Shown: positions 9,427 to 22,180, numbered from the whole stretch's first letter. The stretch is 62,375 bases of DNA, filler included, from Globobulimina sp. (GCA_003354225.1; 21 parts of 21 records of this genome joined end to end with filler, not necessarily neighbours in it); one strand, 5' to 3'. The notes: generated by a model from the sequence alone, not told the origin. A program made the numbers and translations.

Positions 9427-11804
9427 CTATTTGCCAGTTATTTTTGTCAATGCCACGCCATCGATATCATTTTCTTCATCTTCATTCAAATCCAAAAATT
9501 GTTTAAAACTTACAACATTCTTCATTTTGCTGTTACGTTTCTTACATAAATAATAACCAAATAACAATACCAAACAAATGACAAACAGTATTCCAACAAT
9601 TAATATCACTGAAAACAATCCTGACCAATAAGACTTTAATTTCACTGCATCTCCTTCCGTATTATAATGAATTGTTATGCTTGAAGACCATCCATCATCT
9701 GAGCTCAATGTAGTTTTCAATATTGGCGCATAAGTGGGCGATGAAAATGGATTTTGTGTTGGTGATATTGTTGGATTTATAATTGGTGCGGAAGTTGGAC
9801 TTAATGTTGGACTTAATGTTGGATTTAATGTTGGATGATATGATGGATTATCTGATGGATTATATGTTGGAGGTTGTGTTGGATTATTCGTTGGTATCAT
9901 ACTTGGATTATCACTGAATATCGTTGGAGCTGACGTAGGTGATATAGTTGGTGCAGTTGTCGGTGCGTTACTCGGTGAATCTGTAATAAACCAACAGTTT
10001 GCAGGTAAAGCTTGATTAGTAAAGGTTGCATTTGGTGTCTTATCATAACAATTACAATGTCGATCTGGCGAACATTGATTACCCCAATGAGTGCTCCGTC
10101 CATCACAGTCTAAATACCATGTTACATCATCGGTGCATTCTGATATCGAGTTACATTGACCACAGCCATTGATTTCAATATCATAGTTGTGGTATCCATT
10201 AAATTTTGTATTCATATCACTGCTCGTTTTTGATATAAATACTATTTGTCCGCATCCAAAACCTTGACAATTTATTTTTGATTTTGTTCTGGGGCCATAG
10301 ATAGAGCCATGATATGCGTTATATGTCTTAGATGATGCGGTCAATTCAAAATAAGATGCATTATACGCATAGATCGGTGGATAACCGGTTAAATCACCCA
10401 ACATTTCAATGAATACTTTATTAGCAGATATTACTTCAATTTTTGGATAATAATAACCAACACAACTTTCTTTTCCTTGGCATATAATATGAACATAATC
10501 GCTCACATTATTACCATATATCCGGTGCCCTTGGCATGCACCGTCCGGCCAATCATTGCCAGCACCTTTAATTATTTGCAAATTGCAATGTAGCATAATG
10601 ATGGAATTAAAGAATATATACAGTACCTTTACAAAACAAATCAATACTTTTTGCAAAATCAGCACGAATTAGTAAATTAGAGCATGCTTTGTTGTGTGTA
10701 CATTGCACATTTAATCGGGTTGGTCCATTTGCATATATATCCATCGCAGAACAATAGCCATCATCACATCGAATATTACAGGATGTATTATCATTGCGTG
10801 GACAATATATTTTCATGTCATTGCATGAATGTCCATCACAAATTAAAGTTAGATTATTACAGTACGTTCCATTCAATAATTTACCCATACAATGGTCAGC
10901 AATTTGGCTGCAATTAAAAATACAAATATCGCCATCCAATGCATATTGTGGTATGCTTACATCGTCGCATGTTTCTGCATCAAATGGCGATATATCCGTC
11001 ATATGGTACAATTCACTGCATTCGCAATAGTCAGTACTCCAGGAACGACAATAAAAACTACCGCCATAATAATAATTGTATCCACTGCTTCCACAGTGTA
11101 GATACCATCGACTGAGACAATTCTCTGCTGAGCAAGCATTGCAACTCAATGCTGTGACATTTAGGCTGGCTTTGATATTATTAAAATTATAAAATGTTAA
11201 ATATCGGCATCCAAAACCTTTACATATTAAATGAGTTGAAATATGATCAGGGTTTTGTACGTCTGCTAAATAAATATTCATTTGGTTACATGTCAAACCG
11301 GCGTAGTCTCCACTTGCACAGGTAATGGAAACATTACTAGCATGGTTTGCAAAAATGTAAGATTTTTCACCTGAGTTGAAAATAATAGAAACATTTAACT
11401 ACTTCAAATGTGCGAAATTAAAGAACATCGGAAAACGATAAAGAATATATGATGAATACCTGCATAAGCACCATTGAAATACAATGATATATTTTTACTG
11501 TATTCAGCATGGAGATACATCAAATACATGCAATAATCACCAATGCAGTTTAATTTGAGGTTATTTGTATTATTGGCGTAAATATGTAATTTATTGCATG
11601 CAAATGGTGCACTAGAATGTGAATTTGATATTGAATTTGGATCAATATTATTCGAGGATGTATCGCAATGTATATTCACATTGTTTGCATAATGAGCCAT
11701 TATTTTAACTGAATTACAACTGTTATTATAATGCGTACAATAAATGTCCAATACATCACTGTTATTCCCTGCAATGATTGTATCGATGCATGATGAACTA
11801 CCAT
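9427..11804 (-). CDS. Cys-rich repeat cell-surface protein with PT-repeat stalk and C-terminal TM helix (5'-truncated, 2 introns)
   Basis: Three track ORFs join in frame through GT-AG introns at 11371-11459 and 10566-10626. Repeated IxC...C..M.IY units, a PT/PS repeat tract, then TM LFSVILIVGILFVICLVLLFGYYL-CKKR. Confidence 0.8.
9740..9978 (-). repeat. Coding PT/PS tetrapeptide (12-bp) repeats
   Basis: SPSNAPTTAPTISPTSAPT...NPTLSPTLSPTSAP. Confidence 0.85.
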
Positions 11805-11904
11805 NNNNNNNNNNNNNNNNNNNNNNNNNNNNNNNNNNNNNNNNNNNNTTAATTAATTAANNNNNNNNNNNNNNNNNNNNNNNNNNNNNNNNNNNNNNNN
11901 NNNN

Positions 11905-12049
11905 ACCTAGCCATAGAAAGGTCGAACATAAACTACTGTGCAAAAAATATAATATGCCATCGATTGATGTGTCAATTGATTGTGACAAATCAGTCCATGA
12001 CTTATTTGTGTTTGCTGTGAAATATTATTGGTTTTTTACGCTGAAATAA
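11905..12049 (+). CDS. 3' fragment, possibly of a divergent Ras-like small GTPase
   Basis: ...LCKKYNMPSIDVSIDCDKSVHDLFVFAVKYYWFFTLK* resembles the G5/last-helix region. Short and weak evidence. Confidence 0.3.
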
Positions 12050-12506
12050 TAGACATTTGGTTGATGCATTCTATTATTAAAACTGTTTATATTTTCTTTG
12101 TTTGATTGTACTATTTGTTTTTGTTTGATTGTATTATATTTTTATTATATATTTTTAACATATATAAATGTATTGTATGTTTGTTAATGTTTTTGATCCC
12201 AAATTAATTTGCGATCATATACATAATGTAAAAATAATGTAAAAACAATGTTTTTTGTTTGATTCATTTAGTTTGTTTATACGCTCGTGTGTCCATATTT
12301 TGTTTACCGGGAAGAGATTGGGTAACAACCCCTTACGGATTGGGTTCACATAAATTTGTACCAAGAAGTTGGTGGACAAAGGTAGAAACGAAGAAGTTGT
12401 TAACAATACTTAACATAATTATAACATAATTATGAATTATTGAAAAACTCCAACATCTCAAAACCTCTGTTTAAACAATACTCAATTCAAACAAATAAAG
12501 GAGAAC

Positions 12507-14639
12507 ATGAGTTGGGCTCAGCTAACAAATCGTCCTAACAATGCATCTCACCGATTCAACAACAATCACATCAATTGCAATAATACATATTATCGAAAAT
12601 CCACTGACAACAATAACAATAACAACAACAATTACCGTATTAAAACTGTCAACAATCGGCATAATACCGGCAAATTATCCACTACCAAAGTCCAGACCAC
12701 CTCATCCAAACGCAAACACAGTGATGTTTCTTATGTAATCCTTGACAGCGGCGCCTTTATCGGCCGACAATCATTTTTTAACAATTTCTCTCAAAATGTC
12801 ATCTATTACATGACCCCGGCCGTAAACCATGAAATCAGAGACAAACAATCTCGCCAATTTTTAGATAATTTCCCGTATCAAATTATCGTAAAAAAACCGG
12901 ATCTTCAATCTGTGCAATATGGTATGTCAGCAATTTATAACTAATTTTATAACCATTGCATACACCGACACATTACGCACAGTCTCTAAATTCATCTCAA
13001 AAAATCCCAATTTACGCTCATTGTCCAAGGTCGACCGCCAAATAATAGCTTTAGCTCACACCTTAGAGCTACAATTCGAAGGCAATAAGAACCTCTCTCC
13101 AAACAAAAAAAAAGAAACTGACAACGCTCCGTCGTCCATTGGTGACAAAAAACAGCTTAAAAAATCAAAAACCGGCAGAGTACACCGACAGGCGGTCCCT
13201 TTGCATGACAGCGGACTCAGACTCTCCAAATTAAAAAAGGTTATTCCTTTCCATTTTGATGACTTTATGACTATGGATAAACAGCAATGTATGTCCTGTC
13301 TCATATTCCTTTTGCAATTATTACTTATTTATCCTTACACATCAATTAAATTATAATTATAATCACATCACCGATCAGACGGCGACAAACACGGAAAGAC
13401 CACCTCCATGGATATGAGCGCCGCCTCTCCCAAAATCAAATACAATCCGCACATCAAAGCCAAGTCGGAATGCAATGAGAAAGATGTGAATGACAACGCA
13501 TTGCAATTAGATGACGAGAATGATGCAATAACGAAGAGTCAGCGAAGCGAAAAAAGGCAAAACGTGGTCAGTGCCGCTGATAAAGAGGAATGTAAACAAT
13601 CCGATGATGAGAATGATAGTAAGAAGCTGGAGAATGCAGAGACGGACAGCGGTGACATTGAGAAGATGATATTGGAGGATTTGAACACAACCTTTAATGA
13701 GACGGCATCGTTAATATCCTCGTTATCTGCGCAAAGCAGCAAACACCAAAAACAAATCGATGCCATTGATAAACGATTGGCTGTGGATAAGGATAAAAAT
13801 AAAAATAGCAATGAGTCGCAATCTCATGCACTTCCACCCATATTAACACCACCCAAAAGCACAGGGTTTGGCACACTGTTCAATGGCGCAAAGGGCTCTG
13901 TATTTGACGAGATACAAAACAAAGCAATCAATCCCTTACCGCCGTTAATGCAGCAAAGCACTGCGCCAATCAAGAAAACTGTGCATGACGCTTGGAATGG
14001 CGCGTGGTTAACACCTGATAATTTCAAGCCGATTCCTAAAAATGACAGGAGGAAGAAACAAAAACTGCAGTTGAGTACTTGTGTGTGTTTGCAGTTTGCA
14101 GTTTGCAGTGTGTTGTATGTGTTGATTGTGTGTACTGTGTACATAGGAATGTGGAGAATGTGTCGGCAGATTCCTCCGTGGCAGTGGTGACCGTTGATAT
14201 TGCAATGCAGCGATGTATGATTGGGATGGGACTGAGAGTGTTGACTACGAGTAATGAGCGACAATATGGCAATAATAAAAGGAACAAAAAGGGCAATAAT
14301 GGCGAACCGATAGATCATATCTTTCGATGTTATGGTTGTTTCCAATATGAACATAATACGTCGCGAACCCATTGTCGATGGTGTGGCGGACGAACGTATC
14401 AAAGAGTCGCCATCTATAAAGATGAAAATGGTAAACATCATTATCGGTATTTTTATCGGGATAGATTTGCACAGAAATATTTGGACACACATTCATTGGT
14501 TCCAAGGGGGTCGCAATTGGTTAAATATAATCAAACCAATCATATAAAGAATAATCAGCGGCGGAATCAAAAGAGGAAGAAAAAAAAGAGAACATATTTA
14601 GGCAATAATACTGGATATAGAGGCGGTTCCAGATGGTGA
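12507..14639 (+). CDS. NOB1: 20S pre-rRNA D-site endonuclease NOB1 (3 introns)
   Basis: PIN motifs VILDSGAFI and LSKVDRQIIALAHTLE; WLTPDN; VAVVTVDIAMQ..GMGLRV; Zn ribbon CYGC...CRWCGG. GT-AG introns at 12922-12982, 13289-13378 and 14070-14146 restore one frame. Confidence 0.92.
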
Positions 14640-14880
14640 TGCAAAAAGGAAGGAAGGGAAAAAAGTTGTTCGTTTTGAATTTCATGTAAAATTATTTGAA
14701 GATGTTTTTAATTAAATATAATTTTTTTTAAAATTGTCTGTTTCAATTCAACAGTAAATGTTCCATCCATGTCATGAATCNNNNNNNNNNNNNNNNNNNN
14801 NNNNNNNNNNNNNNNNNNNNNNNNTTAATTAATTAANNNNNNNNNNNNNNNNNNNNNNNNNNNNNNNNNNNNNNNNNNNN

Positions 14881-17756
14881 TTTGCGGCAAAAACTAGGGA
14901 AAACCATCAAAGAAATACTCAACTTCCACATCAGTAAATACATCAAATCCTCCTTCAATGTCTACAAAATAAAACCCGCAAACATGAATAAATTGAGCAC
15001 CAACATCAAACACAAAAACGCCAACAATAATCGCTATTCCTCGCTAAAATATAGAATGCGCGATCAAACCATCTTAATCAATGCCTGTTGCTTAGTCTTG
15101 GAACAATTGGCGGAGAGAGCCCCGCGGCAATTACAAGAGATATCGTACTATTTCCAGCGACTATTAATCGACCGGAATGCCATTTACTTACAAGATGAAG
15201 AAATAAACGAGCGATTAATGGACGCACTGGCCAGAGTCTGTCAATGTGAGTTGAAATACATGGAAGACACTTACAAAAACACCCAAATGCGCAAGAAAAA
15301 CATGCTCAAACATATCGTGGACGAGTTCGAGGAGGAAGTTGCCATCGAAGAGGAGAAGCAATTATTGTTCGATGTGGCCGACGGCAAAACTGAGGCTAAA
15401 CTCGAAGAAAAGGAAGAAAAAAGAGACAAACATCACAAGCGATTATCGAGCGGGTTGTTCGCGTTCAGTGAGCAACACAACAAACATTGGTACGATGACT
15501 CGTGTACTCGCATAGTGTTCAATGAGTTGGAGAATAATTTCGATGACTCTGTCAACGAAGACAGCAAATTAATAAACCGCGCATTGCGGATCTACGGCGC
15601 TATGATGGTCAAAGTCAATCACAAACTGATCACGCAGCAATTTCTCACCTCGTCGTTGAAAGGGATATTGACGCAGAAATTGACTGTGATATTGCCGTAT
15701 TTGATCGATACTGCCATCAATCAGCAACAGACTCAGATACAGTTCGTGAAAGAGATCGTGCAGTTATTGGTGCAGTCGTATCTGACCAAGTCCTCCTACC
15801 AATTAGATACGAAACGTAAAATTGCCGAAGCGTTTACAGAGCTGTCGTCGAATTTGACGCAGTACAAACTGCGACAGTTTGTGTTGTGCGAGCTGTTGAA
15901 AATGTTCACGACGTTAAGTAAGACCATACTCAACAACCACATCAAGAAAAAAAAGACGTTGGTGTTGGCGAGCAACGAGTTGGGATTGATATTGCCGGCG
16001 ATCGCGGTGTTGTGCACGCCGTTATATCCCACGCATACACAAATTGATGCCGCTGCCACTGCGGTGGAGGAGGATGCCGTGGATGAGGACGTGCAGGTTA
16101 TCGACGAGGAGCATGTGCATATGCACGATGACGATAAAAAGCCAAAGAAAAAGAATATATTCAAACGCAAAAAAAGCCGTCGACATAAGGTATACGCTGC
16201 TTTTTTATTTTACAATTTTGACAGCAAAATGACGTATTTTTTATAACATGACATAAGGAATCTGATGCGGAGGTGTATGAAGCGAAGAAAATCAATACGC
16301 AGCAAGAGGTTGAGGATGGAGAGGGCCCCGAAGATAATCCCACTTATTTTGGTAACAACGAATATATTGCAGAAGAATGGGGCGTCACGTTACAAGGCAA
16401 CCACTCTCAGACAGTAGCAACGTTTCGCGAGTTTTGGAATCAGATTATTTTTTTCGATTTCGTAGCCAGTACGAATAATGAATGTAAAATCTATCTGCAA
16501 AGCATAGCTTCGGTGTCTCCCGTATTGGTGTCTGGTTCCAGTACATTGTTTGGTGGTGGTTTGATCCACGAAGTGTTGAAGAATAAAACCAATTCCATGC
16601 ATATCAACAAACAGATTGTCAGTTTGCGCAGTAAGTTGCAACATATATTGCCGCGGGAAGTGGACGTGCAACATTTAGAGCCGGATGTGCTGTTATTTTT
16701 GAATGTGCTGTTTCATGTTGAATCCTTTCGAGTGTATGGTTCTGGCACAGCGTACTCATTGGCACATTACTTAAATGACGCAGGCATTATCCGTATGGGC
16801 AAGACTTTGCAGAGCTGCGTGGAAGCAGTGGTGGACTATGTATTTGACCGCTATTTGCAACATATTTATCAAAGTAAGGCGTCGAGCGAGAAGTTAATAT
16901 CATTGGAGTCGCATACCGAATATCTATTAGCTATGTGCTGCAATCGCAGCAAACGTGTCCGGAGTAAATGTTATAACTGGTTGCAACACAAATTAATTGC
17001 GAATTATTCGTATTTGCAATGGCGGCCGAAATGTTTGCAGCATATCCTGGACATTGTGAGCAAATTAGAGACCTTGATTGACGACGTGAGCACAGAGTTG
17101 TATTCGGTGTATGACTCGCATTCCGTCATTACCTTCAACGAGAAATTCAGTTTGGATTTGCCAGAGGATAGGAAATCGCGTGCGGAGATCCAAACGATTA
17201 TATTAGAAATTGCAGGTTCATGGTTGCATTCTGCATGGAATTTAGCGCCGAGTGAGATGATTAGTGTGGTTGCACATAAATTATCACTGTACAAATCTCC
17301 ATTGTTGTCATCGTTGATGTACACCCAATGCAAATACACCGACATTGCGTCATCGAGTGGCGGCAGCAAACCCAACATGGGACTCATGTACGTCGTGAGT
17401 AAATGTGAGAGATATTTGGGTGTCATGGAAGGGTTATATCGGACACATTTACTACATCACAACACAAAATCATTTGGACAGTCCAAAGCGCAGTTATTTA
17501 TACAGACGTTTAAGAAATATATTGCTCTGCGAAGCAAATCAAACAATAACAACGTGCTGATCGAACAAGGTATGATCGAGGAAATGTATCATTTGGGCGC
17601 GTTAATTGTATGGTCGGATAATAAGAAAATGCGATCAAAACACAAGAATAAATTGCATAATTTTAAATTACCATTGGAAGAGTTGTTGCATTTATTGTGT
17701 ATGGTGCCGGCCATTGTGTTTACAAACAATTTAGTATTGACCGGCACCTTCGTATG
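14881..17756 (+). CDS. PI4KA: Phosphatidylinositol 4-kinase alpha (Stt4), internal helical region (partial, 1 intron)
   Basis: FREFW..IFFDF, LESHTEYLL..CNRSKRVR, LQW..KCLQHILD and LLHLLCMVP..FT..GTFV match the PI4KA solenoid. Intron at 16190-16257. Confidence 0.78.
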
Positions 17757-17856
17757 NNNNNNNNNNNNNNNNNNNNNNNNNNNNNNNNNNNNNNNNNNNN
17801 TTAATTAATTAANNNNNNNNNNNNNNNNNNNNNNNNNNNNNNNNNNNNNNNNNNNN

Positions 17857-18943
17857 ATAATCGTTTTGTCGATATCCTGGAAAATTACTCCGTTTTGGAC
17901 GATGAATTCATTGCACATAGATTGGGATTAATACCTTTGGTCTCTACGGATGTGGCACACTTTAAATATTCGCGTGACTGCGAGTGTGAGGATGGGTGCA
18001 TTTTTTGTATGGTTGAATTTAAATTAGGTCCTTTTCTCTCGCTAATACACAAACTTTCGTTGCTAAAATATCACACAATGATTATCAATGCAATTATAAT
18101 GTATATACATTATATTACAATTGCAGTCATGTGATATTCCATGCCTTTTCTTACTAAAATTACCACACAATGTGAGTTGCCAACATTTGTGTGATAAATT
18201 TGAGCGAGAAAATAGAATGGAAACATGTAATGAAACGTAGCTAATTTAACCACACAGAAATTGTAAACAATGGCAATGAGAAATTGGTGGTGACGCAAAG
18301 AGATTTAATGAATGTGACCAAAGAAGCTATGGACGACAATCAGCCGCACGATTATATGAAGCAAGCGAGGAACTGCAAAAACGTGGAGCCATGCTATGAG
18401 TCCACCGATACGTTGCACCAATCCGAGGATGAGGAGAATAAACAAAATGTCAGTGATCAGAATATTATTTTAGTGAAATTGGGGCCAAATCAAAAGTTAC
18501 TTTTCCGTGCCAGAGCCACTAAAGGAATCGGAAAGGAACACGCTAAATTCTCACCGGTCTCTGTGGTCGGTTTTGTACAAAAGCCGAAAATTAAGTTATT
18601 AAACAAAGAGTTTATCCAACAACAGCTGTCCGTGCAAGATAAGAAAGATTTTGTTGCCTCGTGTCCCACGAAAGTGTTTAAATACGAAGAGAAAAAGGAC
18701 GAGATCGCGATTGAGGATGCGGATAAATGTACATTTTGCAACGAGTGTTTAAGGAAAGCGGAAGACTTCGGAATTGATTCCATGGAAATGGTGCAAATTG
18801 GTATACAGAAAGACCACTTTACTTTGCATATCGAGACAACCGGAGCGTTGAAACCGCAGCTTGTCGTAAAATCTGCGCTTGCAGTGTTGACCAAAAAACT
18901 AAAAGTATTAAAGGATCATTTAAAACAACTAAAACCAAATTAA
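17857..18943 (+). CDS. RPB3: RNA polymerase II subunit RPB3 (5'-truncated, 1 intron)
   Basis: [13 protein letters not shown], Zn site [22 protein letters not shown] and IETTGAL. Intron at 18028-18257. Confidence 0.93.
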
Positions 18944-19079
18944 ATGGTAACATTTTATTTAAACTCTTCAAACATTTTTGTCGGAAACTCTTGACCAAAG
19001 CAAGATGGCAGCGGCCTTTGGCAAAAAGGTTTGATCTGCATCCATTGAACTCGTGTAACCGAATAACACTTGTATAACA

Positions 19080-20184
19080 ATGCAGAAATGGAATTCCATC
19101 AAACTTGGCAAAGGAATGATATTCTTAAACGGCTTGGTGTCGTCATCATATATCGCATGCTTCATTCCGTCCGTTCTTCGTTTCATTGTTCCAAACCATC
19201 AGAGCTCGACAATGAACAGCATAGCACGCACCAATACAAATTATTTAATATTAGCAAATATATGTTTGGGAATAACCAACTTAATGACCTTACCAAATTT
19301 CGACGTTTCCTCCACGATACAATCCATAAAATCAAACATATTCACCTATGCTGCCATGCTTCTGTCACAGTTTTATCACTACAAATACTATCCACATAGT
19401 TATAAAAAAGCATTTTATATTTCATCCATCGCTGTAAACACGTTTTTATTGTTATTATCCATTTATAGCAACAACAAATTAGAGAATGCGTTTCCAAATC
19501 AAACCTTACGTTCTTTGGTAAGAATACCACACAAAACGAAAAAAAAAACGTCATCGCCTGCATCCTCAAACAGCACAGGGAACGATGGCGATGTTGAAGA
19601 CAATGATGAATATGAATATAAATCGACATTTCATAAACAAGGCTCGACCTTTTGGGCGCAATATTATACGGAAGGGACACATGAATTGCAGCTGGAACTG
19701 GGTTCCGATGATATGTTTTCTATGAAACATGCAAATCTTTGCGTGTCTGACTCACGAACAGCGGGTTTTAAATTGTCGCAGACCTTAAAATCTGTGGTTA
19801 TTGGTATGGATATATTTTGTTGTAATGTACATGGCTTTGTGCATGCGATTATATGCAGAGAAATGTGAACAAGTTTCGATTGAGATTACGGAGGAAGTGG
19901 CGAATATTGATATGGTGAATTGTGACAAATGTACGATTTATGTGCGTAAGAAAGCACCGCTGATCTCTGTGGAGAATTGTAAAGAACCAAAATTGATATT
20001 ATATAATGTTGCGGTGAATAGTAAGCCAACCATAATGTCCTCAAATTGCACAAATTTTGCGGTTGATTTGCAGAAACAAGAGAGTGAAGAAAGTGATTGG
20101 AAAACTGTAATGATACCGTTTCAATTAAAAACAGAAATAAATCCAGAACATCTGACACAAAGCACAGTTACTGTCGGACTGTAA
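19080..20184 (+). CDS. Protein with hydrophobic N-terminus and C-CAP/cofactor-C beta-helix domain (1 intron)
   Basis: After intron 19804-19858: KSVVIEKCEQVSI..VANIDMVNCDKCTIYV.KAPLISVENC..IMSSNC..DWKTVMIPFQLKT, which resembles the cyclase-associated protein C-terminus. Confidence 0.75.
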
Positions 20185-20222
20185 TTTATAGTATTTTTTG
20201 TGCGAATATTTTTTATCAATGT

Positions 20223-20732
20223 TTATTTTAGCTTTGCTTGTAAAGCATTGACAACCAAAGGATTGTCATGAACAAAAATATGTGGTTCTATCAAAACAAC
20301 AGGTTCGTTTGGTTCATGTTTATTATTGACAATAACACCCGGAATGCCACAATATTTAACTGTCTTTTGCTCATTTTTTAAATCATAATCTGCAGAATGA
20401 TGAATTTTAATAAATTGTTTCCCAGTCTCTTGTATCCAAAATGAAGAATGCGTTAATTTTAATGTATGTTGTTTCTGCAAAATCATTATCCAAAATATCA
20501 CACAACATTTCGCTATGAATATACGCATATCCGCAGATTTACGTGTTTTTAACATTGATAATAACACACTACATTTATTATTTGTATCTGGCAAAAAATT
20601 CATTTTTATTTCATCATAAATATTATCAATTATTGCATCAATACTTTGATGATCGAAATCAATCACAAATCCATCATCATTTGTCTCCATATCCTCCTCC
20701 TTATCATCATCATCCTTTTTACTCGCCCTTTT
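20223..20732 (-). CDS. Hypothetical protein, C-terminal part
   Basis: ORF of at least 155 aa running toward the contig edge. Confidence 0.5.
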   Translation of the reverse strand, partial: KRASKKDDDDKEEDMETNDDGFVIDFDHQSIDAIIDNIYDEIKMNFLPDTNNKCSVLLSMLKTRKSADMRIFIAKCCVIFWIMILQKQHTLKLTHSSFWIQETGKQFIKIHHSADYDLKNEQKTVKYCGIPGVIVNNKHEPNEPVVLIEPHIFVHDNPLVVNALQAKLK

Positions 20733-20833
20733 NNNNNNNNNNNNNNNNNNNNNNNNNNNNNNNNNNNNNNNNNNNNTTAATTAATTAANNNNNNNNNNNN
20801 NNNNNNNNNNNNNNNNNNNNNNNNNNNNNNNNT

Positions 20834-20974
20834 AAAGATCCTAATGTTGATGCGGTTTTTAATGGGGAATATGAAATTTCTTGTAGTAATGACGATTGTT
20901 TAGCTGTTTATACTCCTGGTACTAATCTAACATTAGCAGATGCAATCAAAGAATGGAATAGAGCAATGTTATAA
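20834..20974 (+). CDS. Lar-family restriction-alleviation-like Zn-binding protein, C-terminal fragment
   Basis: Manual translation KDPNVDAVFNGEYEISCSNDDCLAVYTPGTNLTLADAIKEWNRAML*. The C...C followed by AI..WNR pattern is typical of Lar-like phage proteins. Confidence 0.6.
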   Translation, partial: KDPNVDAVFNGEYEISCSNDDCLAVYTPGTNLTLADAIKEWNRAML

Positions 20975-20982
20975 ATATTCAT

Positions 20983-21360
20983 ATGACAAGAATATCTCAT
21001 AGGAAAACCATATTATCAGTAAATAAGAAGACACCATATCTATTCTTTGCCTTAGATGATGAAATTAATAAAGCAACAGGCAAGAATGATATCTACGTTT
21101 GTGTATTGGTGAAGAAATACACACCAGTAGAAGGTGATGGTATTGAGGATTTATTCCTTTGTACTAAAGTTGATAGAAATGAAGTAAGACCTATTTACCA
21201 AATGAAATTAGACGAATTATCGTATTTTATGAGAATCAATATGGATTTGTACACCATATCTACTGATATATGGCGGCCTAAACATATTTTACTGAATCCG
21301 GTAAATTATGAAAAGGTTCCCGATATCTGGTTTCCTACAAGTTTAGACGTACTTAGCTAA
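20983..21360 (+). CDS. Phage hypothetical protein
   Basis: 125-aa ORF 8 nt downstream of the previous stop, followed by a terminator. Confidence 0.75.
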   Translation: MTRISHRKTILSVNKKTPYLFFALDDEINKATGKNDIYVCVLVKKYTPVEGDGIEDLFLCTKVDRNEVRPIYQMKLDELSYFMRINMDLYTISTDIWRPKHILLNPVNYEKVPDIWFPTSLDVLS

Positions 21361-21387
21361 GTTTAGCTAACCAATTACCCCCTCCAG

Positions 21388-21426
21388 TGGCCTAGATTGA
21401 ATTTATTTTTAATCTAGGCCATTTTT
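21388..21426 (+). terminator. Rho-independent terminator
   Basis: 11-bp stem TGGCCTAGATT / AATCTAGGCCA followed by TTTTT. Confidence 0.8.
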
Positions 21427-21429
21427 ATA

Positions 21430-21458
21430 TTGACATACCCATTTTCCTATGTTAGAAT
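21430..21458 (+). promoter_or_regulatory. Consensus sigma70 promoter with extended -10
   Basis: TTGACA (21430-21435), 17-nt spacer, TAGAAT (21453-21458) preceded by TGn. SD GGAGG at 21474-21478. Confidence 0.85.
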
Positions 21459-21483
21459 CTCCTCAGACTTAATGGAGGTCTGA

Positions 21484-21807
21484 ATGAGATCTATAAAAAA
21501 CGAACAAGAGTTGGTAGGGAAGACTATTAAGTCTTTTACCACTAATTCAATGGAAGAATCTATTTGTTTAACTTTTGAGGATGATACCTTTGTTATATTC
21601 AAAATAGGCCGTAATTGAGGTGAATATGATGATATTGATATCGAGTATGAACCAGATATGGGTATGTTAAGAAATTGTGATATTCTATCCAATGAAACAT
21701 ACTGTGAATGGTACAAAGGGGATAGACTAAAATACGCAAAAAGACGATATTTCTGTAAAACAGAATATGAACAATATTTAGAATTACAAGGAGAAAATAA
21801 TGAATGA
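21484..21807 (+). pseudogene. Phage ORF (107 codons) with one in-frame TGA at 21616-21618
   Basis: SD plus ATG: MRSIKNEQELVGKTIKSF...KIGRN*GEYDDIDIEY...YLELQGENNE*. The second half stays open and ends overlapping the next start codon. Confidence 0.65.
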
Positions 21808-22180
21808 AAATTTACAAAAAGCATTAGCAGAGATCTTAGAGTCAGCATTAGCGGCTAAAGACTTCATCGTATCAGAAACACCAGAAGTAATCCAACAATT
21901 ACTCACTTACAATTTTACTATGAGTATTATACAAACTGTATGTGGAATTATCTTATGGTTATTGTTAATCCCATTATATAAAATTTCTAGAAAACTAGAG
22001 AATGACGCAGAGGGCACCTATATGACAGAGGTACCAACTATTATAGGAACTGTGGTTGGCGTTGTTATGGTTCTACTCGGCTGTGCCCTAACCTTCAACC
22101 TAACATGGCTTAAAATCTGGTTAGCACCGAAGGTGTATTTAATCGAATATATGACTGACATAGTAAAGAACAATACTTAG
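21800..22180 (+). CDS. Phage membrane protein
   Basis: SD AAGGAG, two TM helices, PEVIQQLL and WLKIWLAPKVYLIEY motifs that I recall from phage hypothetical membrane proteins. Confidence 0.8.
   Translation: MNENLQKALAEILESALAAKDFIVSETPEVIQQLLTYNFTMSIIQTVCGIILWLLLIPLYKISRKLENDAEGTYMTEVPTIIGTVVGVVMVLLGCALTFNLTWLKIWLAPKVYLIEYMTDIVKNNT

Noticed and set aside
13539-14505. Multiple overlapping minus-strand ORFs over NOB1 (and similar short ORFs over other genes)
   Set aside because: Antisense or alternate-frame shadows of well-supported genes, with no recognisable motifs.
18655-18750. Ferredoxin-like Cys cluster (CPTKVF...CTFCNEC) in RPB3
   Set aside because: A known Fe-S-type insertion in archaeal RpoD and many eukaryotic RPB3/AC40 subunits; not novel.
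21447-21848. 133-aa minus-strand ORF in the phage contig
   Set aside because: Antisense shadow of the + strand gene, which has the promoter, SD and coupling to the next gene.
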